This document shows, piece by piece, positions 55,652 to 64,000 of a stretch of DNA of 64,000 nt. The translations under genes and the position numbers were made by a program. Location of the stretch: the NCBI GenBank assembly GCA_048499955.1, contig JASNYX010000003.1:21785-85784 (forward strand), written 5' to 3'. This DNA is from Patescibacteria group bacterium. Its GTDB lineage: Bacteria; Patescibacteriota; WWE3; 2-01-FULL-39-13. The notes beneath the pieces were generated by a model. That model was not told where the DNA came from. It saw nothing but the letters and a program-made list of their open reading frames with translations, and did no database searches. Every line of letters begins with the position of its first letter. Within the stretch, counting starts at the first letter, position 1.

Positions 55652-56260
55652 ATGGATGCTGCCCATTATAACTCGGGTGAAAATAGTACCCGTGAAACTT
55701 TTTCGCCCGAAGCCGATCAAATTCGTGCTGCTTTTCAAACAAGATACTCCGAGACTTACGGCTCAGGGGACATGGTCGATAATTTAATACAGGTAGGCAG
55801 TAATACCGTTGTTGTCGAATCAGATTTGAATTGGCTACGTAACGAAGCGGTAAGGGTTTATCAACAGAAACTTGCAGAAAATCATTCAGGTATAAGCGAT
55901 GAAGATTTGCAAGATCAGGTACTTCTCTATATGCAAGAAGCCCTTTCATTAGATGCGATGCTTAGAATGGAGGTGGAATTTCCTCAAATAACCCGTTTCG
56001 GTATGAGCAACATAACTGCGTTGAATGTTCTGGACAATCATGGATTGTTATTTAGTGAGGGGGATTTGGGTGCTCAAATTATGGAAAAGCAAAGAGCACA
56101 TAACGCTACAACCAGTGTTCCACCGCATTATAAAGTAGCTCCGGTTGTTGCCGGAATAAGGAGCATCTCTAACGATAATAGCCCAAGCACGGATAGCAAG
56201 CAGACCCAAGGTGGTTATGGTCGAAGGCATCCGTTCAGTGGTGCTTATGAAACTCAGTAG
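55652..56260 (+). CDS. Hypothetical protein
   Basis: ORF of 202 aa. Confidence 0.35.
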   Translation: MDAAHYNSGENSTRETFSPEADQIRAAFQTRYSETYGSGDMVDNLIQVGSNTVVVESDLNWLRNEAVRVYQQKLAENHSGISDEDLQDQVLLYMQEALSLDAMLRMEVEFPQITRFGMSNITALNVLDNHGLLFSEGDLGAQIMEKQRAHNATTSVPPHYKVAPVVAGIRSISNDNSPSTDSKQTQGGYGRRHPFSGAYETQ

Positions 56261-56309
56261 TCGTTCTTTAGCCATTGATTAGTTTTTCAATGAGACTTAC
56301 ATTCTTTCT

Positions 56310-58262
56310 ATGCCTAATTTCTTGGATTCACTAAATGAAGAACAAAAGCAGGTAGTAATTAATAATTCTACTCCGGCTCTTGTACTCGCCGGGCCGGGTA
56401 GTGGCAAAACTCGGGCACTAACACATAAGATTGCATACATGATTCGGGAACTTCATGTTCATCCGGATAATATATTGGCAGTCACATTTACTAATAAAGC
56501 TGCCAAAGAAATGAAAGAGCGAGTGTCTGCTCTGTTGAAAGAAATTCCTGCAGATACAAACACGCCGTCGGATTATTCCGAAGAAAAGGCTGTATTGGGT
56601 GATTCATATGTGAGGGTTCCTTCATGGATAGGCACATTCCATTCTATTTGTGCAAGGATTTTGCGAATCGATGGGCACTACTTGGAAATAGATCGCAATT
56701 TTGTCATTTATGATACAGACGAGTCACTAAGCTTAATAAAGTCTGTTTTGTCTGATCTGGGAATTCCTCCAAAAAACTTTTCACCGACGGCAATAATGTC
56801 GGCAATTTCCAAAGCAAAGTGCGAGATGGTGACCCCAGCTCAATTTAAAGCTCAGGTAGAAGGAGGCTATTTTTTCGAAACAGTTGCTCAAATTTATCCG
56901 TTATATCAAAAGAAACTCAGGGATAATAATGCACTGGATTTTAACGATTTGCTTTCAGATGTTGTTAAGTTGTTTAACACTACACCTGAAGTTCTCGATA
57001 AATATCAAAATATGTTCCAATATATTCTCGTTGATGAATACCAGGATACAAATAGAGTTCAATACTATTTGATTAAACTATTAGCACAGAAGCATAGAAA
57101 CTTGACGGTCGTTGGTGATATATCTCAATCCATTTATTCATGGAGAGGTGCAGACTACCGTAATATGACACAATTTCAGGAAGATTACCCTGATGCTTTA
57201 ACTCTACAGTTGGCGACCAATTACAGATCTACGGCCAATATTCTTAATGCGGCAAAAACGCTTATACAAAATAACTCAACTCATATTTCAATTGATCTTC
57301 ATACTAATAATCCGGAAGGTGAAAAAATTATCTTGTTTGAAGGTGAGCATGAAAAGATCGAGGCTGCGTATATAGCAAGAATTATCTCTAACGCCGCAGG
57401 AAAGAATACCGAGTACGAAGACTATGACTATCAAGGTGAAAGTTATTCATCTTACGCGATACTATATAGAACAAATGCTCAATCTCGTGCTTTGGAAGAA
57501 TCTTTGCTTGCATATGGTATTCCATATCGAATTGTCGGGGGATTAAGGTTCTATGATCGCAAAGAAATAAAGGACGTACTTTCGTATTTGAAAGTCTTTT
57601 ATAACCCTAAAGATTCGGTTTCTTGGATGAGATGTATTAATAATCCGCCCAGAAAAGTTGGCCCGAAAACTTTTTCAAAAATTGAGGCCGCCGGATTTGA
57701 TATTGAAATGATAAACGAACTGACTAAGCTAGATTGGTCCAGATGCATAAGTATGGCTCAAGATGAGAGTGCACGCCCAATTGAATTGCTCGATGAAGTA
57801 TTGAAAACTTTCGGATATCTTGAATATCTTAATGATGGTACTGAAGAAAGCCTTGCACGCATTGAAAACTTAAAAGAGCTTAGGTCCGTGGCAAAACAGT
57901 ACGAATCTTTAGGGCAGTTCCTGGAAAATATTGCATTAATCGAGTCTTCAAATAGAGCCGATCAAAGTGATAGTGATGCAGTAATAATGATGACTTTACA
58001 CGCGGCAAAAGGTTTGGAATTTGATAATGTATTCCTAGTTGGGCTGGAAGAGGGAATACTTCCACATTCAAGAGCCATGACTGATCCGGGAGAGCTCGAA
58101 GAGGAACGACGTTTATGCTATGTAGGTATAACCAGGGCTCGCAAATCGCTGTATATGACTTACACAAGACATAGAAGTTTTTACGGAGGAACCGGATCCA
58201 GTTTGGTATCCCGATTTATTTCAGAGATTCCGGAAGACTTACTTGAGTTCAGATATGGGTGA
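56310..58262 (+). CDS. uvrD: UvrD/PcrA-type superfamily 1 DNA helicase
   Basis: LVLAGPGSGKTRAL (motif I), VDEYQDTN (II), TVVGDISQSIYSWRGA, LYRTNAQSR, TLHAAKGLEFD, VGITRAR. Confidence 0.85.
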   Translation: MPNFLDSLNEEQKQVVINNSTPALVLAGPGSGKTRALTHKIAYMIRELHVHPDNILAVTFTNKAAKEMKERVSALLKEIPADTNTPSDYSEEKAVLGDSYVRVPSWIGTFHSICARILRIDGHYLEIDRNFVIYDTDESLSLIKSVLSDLGIPPKNFSPTAIMSAISKAKCEMVTPAQFKAQVEGGYFFETVAQIYPLYQKKLRDNNALDFNDLLSDVVKLFNTTPEVLDKYQNMFQYILVDEYQDTNRVQYYLIKLLAQKHRNLTVVGDISQSIYSWRGADYRNMTQFQEDYPDALTLQLATNYRSTANILNAAKTLIQNNSTHISIDLHTNNPEGEKIILFEGEHEKIEAAYIARIISNAAGKNTEYEDYDYQGESYSSYAILYRTNAQSRALEESLLAYGIPYRIVGGLRFYDRKEIKDVLSYLKVFYNPKDSVSWMRCINNPPRKVGPKTFSKIEAAGFDIEMINELTKLDWSRCISMAQDESARPIELLDEVLKTFGYLEYLNDGTEESLARIENLKELRSVAKQYESLGQFLENIALIESSNRADQSDSDAVIMMTLHAAKGLEFDNVFLVGLEEGILPHSRAMTDPGELEEERRLCYVGITRARKSLYMTYTRHRSFYGGTGSSLVSRFISEIPEDLLEFRYG

Positions 58263-58348
58263 CCTTTTATAATAATCAGAAATGTCGGATACCGGTTTAA
58301 TGAATTGTGGATTCAGGTTTTTAATTGGGATTTTAGTATACTCTAAAT

Positions 58349-60697
58349 ATGGCTAGACGAGGACGCAAGCCAAAATTTAAATTCGATCTTGAGAATTATA
58401 AAGAAACTGTAATCTCAGGAGTTTCCCTGCTTTCGATTATTGCGGGTGGTGTGTGTTTTCTTGCGGTAATTACGGCGTTCTTTTCTCCCGATGCGACTTC
58501 CTTTCTTTCTAGAGTGGTTACCAATAATTTCGGCTATTCTTCACTTTGGCTTTCTGCCTTACTTATATATTTCGGGTTGTTGTTTATAGGCACACTAAAA
58601 TGGGAATTTCTTAACTACCGTTTTCTTATCGGAATGGTTTTGTTTTTCTTAGGTTTGCTTGGGTTATTAGGCTCAGGGGCGGGAACCGTCGGTGCTTTTG
58701 TCCAGAATAATTCTTCTGTTGTAATTTCTTTCTTGGGATCAATGTTTTTATATTTTGCATTTCTTGCTATTGGTATTGGAGTGATGATAAACAGAGGGTT
58801 TGGACAAATTTTGGAGTATCTCTTTGAATTTTTCCCTAATTTCATTAAACGATTTACGAAAGTAGATTTGCCCGAAGAACAGGAAGAAGAAACCGAGCTA
58901 GCCCTATTAGAACCGGGACATCAGGCACCTACCTATAAAGTTAATCAGGCAATTGCTTCAGAAGAAGCGGAGGTTGAAGACATAGAAGATGACAATTCGG
59001 AATCAAATGATTTTAAAGTTAGCCATTCAATGTCTGAAGATAAAGATGACGGAATCATGGTTCACCCTAAATACCAAGATGTCGAAATTGTTAAACTGCC
59101 ATCTTCTCCTGTAGGAGAAGGTAATGAGCTATTAGACGATTCATCGAGCGAAGAGCTGGAAGCCGAGTACGAAGAAGAGGTTGAAGAAGTAACGTCGGGT
59201 AAAGAAAAGGGGATTCCTAAGTTACCTTTCTCTAATAGAGTATGGGAATATCCTTCATTGGATCTATTATCAAATGCTCCTACTCAGGGGCCTGATGCCG
59301 GAAATGTTCATGAAAGAGCAAAGGCCATAGAAGAAACTTTAGGAGCTTTTGGAGTTAAAGCCGGGGTTGTGGATATCAATCCGGGACCTGCTGTTACCCA
59401 ATATGCTTTAAGCCCTGCTATCGGCACTAAAGCCAGCAAAATACAGAATCTTTCAACAGATTTGGCATTGAGAATTAAATCTCCTAGTGGAAGTGTTCGT
59501 GTGGTTGCACCTATTCCGGGAACAAATCTTATTGGTATTGAAGTCCCTAACTTTAGTCCTGCTTCGGTTACGCTTCGAAATGTATTGAATTCGAATGAAA
59601 TGCGAAAATCACGTTCAAAGCTGACGGTGGCGGTCGGACTTGATGTGCAAGGAAACCCGGTAGTGCAAGATATGACCAAATGGCCACATGCATTGGTGGC
59701 AGGTTCTACCGGATCAGGAAAATCAGTGATGTTAAATGCAATTATCGCTAGCTTGCTTTTCAGATGCTCTCCTGCTGAATGTCGATTTATCATGATCGAT
59801 CCCAAAATGGTTGAAATGACACAGTATAATGGGATTCCTCACTTACTGACTCCTGTTGTTACGGATGTCGAACAGAAAGCTGTTTCTGCTTTCGCATGGG
59901 CAGTATCGGAAATGGAACGCCGATATAAGGTTTTTGCTGCTGCGGGAGTGCGTAATATTGAAGGTTATAATGCACAATCGGGATTTCAGGCAGAACCATA
60001 TATTGTCATTATCGTTGATGAGTTATCTGACATGATGATGGTTGCCCCTGCAGATGTAGAAAGATATATTGCGCGTTTGGCACAAAAATCTCGTGCTGTG
60101 GGAATACATCTGATTTTAGCTACTCAGAGGCCATCCGTTAATGTATTAACAGGTATCATCAAAGCAAACATTCCCACTCGAATAGCATTCAAAGTTACAT
60201 CAAATGTGGATTCGCGTGTAATTATTGATCAATCAGGAGCTGAAACTTTAATTGGACGAGGAGACATGTTATTTGTTCCTCCGACTGATTCGAAGGCAAC
60301 TCGTATTCAAGGAGTTTGGGTTTCGGATCCTGAAATTAACGCATTGGTCCAAAAACTAAAAGATTCCGGAATAGAACCGGATTATCGTGAAGAAATAGTG
60401 CAACAAAAGGTTGCAGCTAATTCGGGAACAGGTGAATCAAAGAATTCTATTGAAGATATTGATGAGAAGATGATGGATGCACTGGAAATCATTGTCAACG
60501 AAGGAAAAGCATCGGCTTCTTATTTACAAAGAAGGCTTGGTTTAGGGTACTCGCGAGCTGCCAGAATCATAGACGAACTTGAAAGTATGGGTATAATAGG
60601 ACGTGCCAACGGAAGCAAACCACGCGACGTTCTTGTTGGTAGCGTACAAGAAGCTGTGACACGATTTAGTGGCGGTACTTCGGATGAAAACAGTTAA
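58349..60697 (+). CDS. ftsK: DNA translocase FtsK/SpoIIIE
   Basis: N-terminal TM segments, acidic linker, Walker A GSTGSGKS, DELSDMMM Walker B, gamma-domain wHTH YLQRRLGLGYSRAARIIDELE. Confidence 0.85.
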   Translation: MARRGRKPKFKFDLENYKETVISGVSLLSIIAGGVCFLAVITAFFSPDATSFLSRVVTNNFGYSSLWLSALLIYFGLLFIGTLKWEFLNYRFLIGMVLFFLGLLGLLGSGAGTVGAFVQNNSSVVISFLGSMFLYFAFLAIGIGVMINRGFGQILEYLFEFFPNFIKRFTKVDLPEEQEEETELALLEPGHQAPTYKVNQAIASEEAEVEDIEDDNSESNDFKVSHSMSEDKDDGIMVHPKYQDVEIVKLPSSPVGEGNELLDDSSSEELEAEYEEEVEEVTSGKEKGIPKLPFSNRVWEYPSLDLLSNAPTQGPDAGNVHERAKAIEETLGAFGVKAGVVDINPGPAVTQYALSPAIGTKASKIQNLSTDLALRIKSPSGSVRVVAPIPGTNLIGIEVPNFSPASVTLRNVLNSNEMRKSRSKLTVAVGLDVQGNPVVQDMTKWPHALVAGSTGSGKSVMLNAIIASLLFRCSPAECRFIMIDPKMVEMTQYNGIPHLLTPVVTDVEQKAVSAFAWAVSEMERRYKVFAAAGVRNIEGYNAQSGFQAEPYIVIIVDELSDMMMVAPADVERYIARLAQKSRAVGIHLILATQRPSVNVLTGIIKANIPTRIAFKVTSNVDSRVIIDQSGAETLIGRGDMLFVPPTDSKATRIQGVWVSDPEINALVQKLKDSGIEPDYREEIVQQKVAANSGTGESKNSIEDIDEKMMDALEIIVNEGKASASYLQRRLGLGYSRAARIIDELESMGIIGRANGSKPRDVLVGSVQEAVTRFSGGTSDENS

Positions 60698-60717
60698 TTA
60701 ATTATTCTGGATATACA

Positions 60718-61164
60718 ATGGATTTTTCTCAAATTAACCTCGAAACAATTTTAGTAGTAGTTATTAGCTTGATAACATTAAATCTTCTTTTTATCGGTTT
60801 TTATATCATCAATGTTTTAAGAGAACTCAAAAAGACGATTTCGAAAGCACATGAAATGATTGATGATGTTGATCGAAGTGTAAAAGACGGTATTGATAAA
60901 GTAGTTTCCATTGAAAAGCCACTACAAGCGTTAACTCATACGGCGAATGCGATCGCCGGATTCTTTAAAGGTGCGGATGCGATAAAGCAGGCAACGCAGT
61001 CGTTCCAGCATCATAAAAGCGAATCGTCAGAGGGGAATTACAGCTCAACTTCGGTTTCAAGTATTGATCTTGAAGTATCAAATGACTCAAACGATGAAAT
61101 ATCTGCAGAGAAAAAACCACCAGAAAAGCCACGCTTATTCAAGTCATTAAGAAAATCCCGTTAA
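60718..61164 (+). CDS. Membrane-anchored coiled-coil protein (DUF948-like)
   Basis: N-terminal TM then a helical region. Size and layout match the DUF948 family. Confidence 0.35.
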   Translation: MDFSQINLETILVVVISLITLNLLFIGFYIINVLRELKKTISKAHEMIDDVDRSVKDGIDKVVSIEKPLQALTHTANAIAGFFKGADAIKQATQSFQHHKSESSEGNYSSTSVSSIDLEVSNDSNDEISAEKKPPEKPRLFKSLRKSR

Positions 61165-61226
61165 GTCGGATCCCGGTGTATCCTATGCATATAATCGCAA
61201 TGATTATAAATTATTAGATAATTATC

Positions 61227-62306
61227 ATGTTTCAGCCGGAGTTTCGCATTAACAATAAAATCCTAAAATACATCAGTGAAGTTGAAGCTTGCAAAGAAGT
61301 GATAACTAACTCACCATTATTGCCATTATATGAGAGACAGTTCAAAACCGATGCAGTAGCAAGGAAAGTCCATTTTTCTACTGCCATTGAAGGTAATTAT
61401 CTTAACATTAATGAGGTGCGAAAAATTGTTGACGGAAATATAGGTGATTTCAAACAAAACGGTGAGCAAGTAATTTCGCGAAAAAGAGATTTGTATGAAG
61501 TAATAAATTACCGGGATTTAGTTAAGTATATTGAAAGCCTGACAAAAAAGCACAAAAAAGAACACTCCTATTACAATTTCGATTTAACAGAACCAATTAT
61601 CAAGGAAATGCATAGAATGTTGCTCAAAAACATATATGAACCAGCAGGCCAATACAGAGTTGGTACTGCGATCTCTGTTAACTATTTAACAGGCGAAAAA
61701 CTATATCCATACGAAGATGTGGGAAATGTGGAAACACGCCTAAGAGAGCTCATTTATTGGTACAACAACTCTCGTGTAGAAGACGTGAACCCGATTATTA
61801 AGGCGGGAATACTACATCTCGAGTTTGTAAGAATACACCCATTTGAAGAGGGTAATGGTAGGTTAGCGAGGGCTTTGGCCACGTTATCATTATCTGTTGA
61901 TAATTATGATGTTGAACACTTTTTTTGTCTTGATGAATACTATGACTCAAATGCAGAAGAATATTATCACCACCTTGGGGTAGGGTTCCTAAATTTAACT
62001 ACTTGGCTGGAATATTTTTGCCTAGGGATGGCAATAGAATTTAAGCGTGTCAAAGAACGTGTATTAAAGATTTCAAAAGATGCCACGATTAAAACAAAGG
62101 TTGGGCAACTATATATATCAGAAAGACAGGAAAAAATAATAGAATGGCTCAATCATTTCGGATTTATCAGGAATCAGGATTTCAATGCCATTTTCCCGGA
62201 TATATCTGACGATACAGTGCTTCGGGAGCTAAAAATTTTGGTCGATAATGGTGTGCTTACAAAAAAGGGTCGTACAAAATCTGCCAGATATGAATTTGCG
62301 GACTAA
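61227..62306 (+). CDS. Fic/Doc-family protein (class II, N-terminal inhibitory helix) with C-terminal winged helix
   Basis: HPFEEGNGRLARAL FIC motif. N-terminal STAIEGN matches the (S/T)xxxE(G/N) inhibitory motif. Confidence 0.8.
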   Translation: MFQPEFRINNKILKYISEVEACKEVITNSPLLPLYERQFKTDAVARKVHFSTAIEGNYLNINEVRKIVDGNIGDFKQNGEQVISRKRDLYEVINYRDLVKYIESLTKKHKKEHSYYNFDLTEPIIKEMHRMLLKNIYEPAGQYRVGTAISVNYLTGEKLYPYEDVGNVETRLRELIYWYNNSRVEDVNPIIKAGILHLEFVRIHPFEEGNGRLARALATLSLSVDNYDVEHFFCLDEYYDSNAEEYYHHLGVGFLNLTTWLEYFCLGMAIEFKRVKERVLKISKDATIKTKVGQLYISERQEKIIEWLNHFGFIRNQDFNAIFPDISDDTVLRELKILVDNGVLTKKGRTKSARYEFAD

Positions 62307-62400
62307 ATATAAGTTCATAAACCATTAGGTCTCCAAAATATCGTTTTTCTAGGATTTATTGGAAAATGATTGTAGTGTCTTTTAGCTTATAATTATAAGT

Positions 62401-63288
62401 ATGGCTATTTCCAGTATTTTATCTCGAAATGAATCTACACCTGACGGAGTTTTGAAATTGCGGCGTCCGGAAGAATTGTCTAGCGGTTATGAACTTTCCG
62501 GGTGTTTGTTGAATGCACAGGAAGGTGAAGATGGAATTTATAAACGTGTCGAGATGGGACCTCCGTTTGGTAAAGTAACTGCTTTGTGTTTGGGTTCAGA
62601 AGATCATCTGGCACAAGATGCAATATATTTCGGTAGAAACTCATCAAATACTGCTATGCGGATTGCTGTTGTAGATGGAACAACAGGTTACAACTCGAGA
62701 ACCGGAAAGTATGAGGGTGACTACTCAGCATGGATCGCAAGTTCTATTGCTAGAATGATGAATGATTTCCCTAGAGTAAACAATCGAAGAAGCTTAACCG
62801 CAAATATGCGTCAAACCCGAGAGGAAATATTTATGATGGCAGAGCAACATGCCGTTGATTTAGTGTCTGGAGCGAACGATGCTGTTGTTACAGCTTTGCA
62901 AATTGAAAAAAGCACAGGTGGTTATGAAATTTGTGTTGCAAGAGTAGGTAGTTCAACAGATTTAGGTCATATTATTTTTGTTGACCCTGAAAGGGGAGTG
63001 CTTAAGCCCGGAGATATAACCTCTAATGGTAGGTTCATCGCAGGTGATCTAGCTGTAAGAGAGGAATACTTCGAGGTTTCTAGAGGCACTAGAGTCATCG
63101 TGACTTCTGATCCATATAAGCAGTTGTATAGAAGTGCTCAGGATTTTGCTGAACTCGTAGATAGGTATGTTCCGGATCATGGCAAACTTCAAATTACTCC
63201 TGAAAAACTCGCATATCAACTACAACCATTAAATGGACAAGGTGTTAGATGGGATGATGCCAGCATAGTCATTGCTGATCTTACTTAA
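62401..63288 (+). CDS. Hypothetical protein, possibly a divergent PP2C-type phosphatase
   Basis: AVVDGTTGYN, VARVGSSTD and VTSDPY are loosely PP2C-like (DGHGG, GDSR, SDG motifs). Low confidence. Confidence 0.3.
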   Translation: MAISSILSRNESTPDGVLKLRRPEELSSGYELSGCLLNAQEGEDGIYKRVEMGPPFGKVTALCLGSEDHLAQDAIYFGRNSSNTAMRIAVVDGTTGYNSRTGKYEGDYSAWIASSIARMMNDFPRVNNRRSLTANMRQTREEIFMMAEQHAVDLVSGANDAVVTALQIEKSTGGYEICVARVGSSTDLGHIIFVDPERGVLKPGDITSNGRFIAGDLAVREEYFEVSRGTRVIVTSDPYKQLYRSAQDFAELVDRYVPDHGKLQITPEKLAYQLQPLNGQGVRWDDASIVIADLT

Positions 63289-64000
63289 TCATTTCAATAA
63301 ATTGTTGCTCGGTTATTATTTTTACGCCTGATTCCTGAGCTTTGAGTAATTTGCTTCCACCATCTTCTCCTGCGATTAGATATTGTAACTCTTTGGTGAT
63401 TGAGGGCTTAAATTCACCTCCTGATTCTTGGATCATCTTGATTAACTCATCTCTCGAAAACTGTCCCTTTTTGCCTGTAATCGCGAAGGATAATCCGTTT
63501 AGCTTGTTATCTTTTTTCGATTGTTTAAATTTTAGCCCTTTCGATTGTAGTCCTTCAACGATATGCCATTTTTCTTTAACTTCTTCAATAAAGTTTTTTG
63601 CCTTAATAGGGCCAAGTCCTTTTACTTTTGATAAATCATCGAGAGACAGTGAGTTTAGTTGGTCGAAACCGAACTCGTTTATTATCCAATTGCTTGCTGC
63701 AGATCCGATGTTCTTAATGCCTAGAGCCTGGAGTAGCTTTGATTGCGTAATTGACTCCTTAAGCGTATTTTGAATGTTTAAGGTTACTACCTGAGCACTG
63801 CGTGCTCCGAATCCTTCGAGTTCTGCAATTTGATCCGGTTTGAGATCATAGAAGTCTAAGATTGATTTAAGTTTTAACTCGTTTATGAATCTTTCTATGG
63901 TTTTAATCCCCAGTTCTTCTACCCCGAGTGTCTTGAAAAAGTATTCTATTGATTGCGTGAGGCGGGCAGGGCAGTTTTGATTCGTACATTCTAGGTATTT
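63281..64000 (-). CDS. ligA: NAD-dependent DNA ligase, C-terminal part (Zn finger, HhH, BRCT); 5' end beyond the window
   Basis: Reverse strand translates to CTNQNCPAR Zn finger, HhH repeats (LEGFGARSA...) and a BRCT domain ending GVKIITEQQFIEMIK*. The plus-strand ORF 63342..63773 is its shadow. Confidence 0.8.
   Translation of the reverse strand, partial: KYLECTNQNCPARLTQSIEYFFKTLGVEELGIKTIERFINELKLKSILDFYDLKPDQIAELEGFGARSAQVVTLNIQNTLKESITQSKLLQALGIKNIGSAASNWIINEFGFDQLNSLSLDDLSKVKGLGPIKAKNFIEEVKEKWHIVEGLQSKGLKFKQSKKDNKLNGLSFAITGKKGQFSRDELIKMIQESGGEFKPSITKELQYLIAGEDGGSKLLKAQESGVKIITEQQFIEMIK

Noticed and set aside
55500-55949. Minus-strand ORF of 149 aa
   Set aside because: It overlaps the plus-strand 55652..56260 ORF and the small acidic ORF. 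Its composition (Arg/Lys/Tyr-rich, many rare codons) looks like an out-of-frame artefact.
63342-63773. Plus-strand ORF of 143 aa on the supplied track
   Set aside because: It is the reverse-frame shadow of the ligA C-terminus (HhH plus BRCT), which is on the minus strand.
1-64000. CRISPR arrays, rRNA genes, IS elements and transposases
   Set aside because: I scanned intergenic regions for regularly spaced direct repeats and looked for rRNA signatures and DDE-type or serine/tyrosine recombinase ORFs. None were seen. The only regular repeats are the in-gene Pro/Thr tandem repeats at 47.3-47.8 kb.

Overview
This window is an AT-rich bacterial chromosomal segment (roughly 60% A+T by eye) that is densely coded on both strands. 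By-eye domain and motif recognition supports housekeeping genes: dnaG-rpoD with a rho-independent terminator, metG, pgk, a class I aldolase, a ROK/BadF-type sugar kinase, uvrD/pcrA, ftsK, rmuC and a 3' partial ligA. There are four tRNA genes: Ser-GCT, Ser-CGA, Arg (anticodon GCG as read) and Asn-GTT. A csoR-copA copper-efflux operon carries a perfect GC-rich palindromic operator that overlaps its own promoter. There is an envelope glycosylation and glycoside-hydrolase locus (epimerase, GT2, flippase-like, GT4, GH1, GH5-like). There is also a cluster of secreted surface proteins with adjacent cohesin-like and dockerin-like genes and two paralogous secreted proteins, next to an ATPase plus OmpR-type winged-helix regulator. 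I found no rRNA, no CRISPR array and no clear transposase or integrase. The points most worth a second look are: (1) the dnaG 5' region, where a still-aligning zinc-binding domain in one frame is interrupted by three in-frame stops (TAG, TAA, TAA) with its zinc ligands lost; (2) the cohesin/dockerin/secreted-paralog surface cluster with its repeat-containing regulatory region; (3) a Lon-like AAA+ protein with neither an N-domain nor a peptidase domain; (4) a roughly 300-bp GC-rich islet encoding a small membrane protein behind a near-perfect Shine-Dalgarno site; (5) a 1016-aa protein with Pro/Thr tandem repeats and a J-like domain lacking HPD. All calls rest on by-eye domain and motif recognition; no database search was possible.
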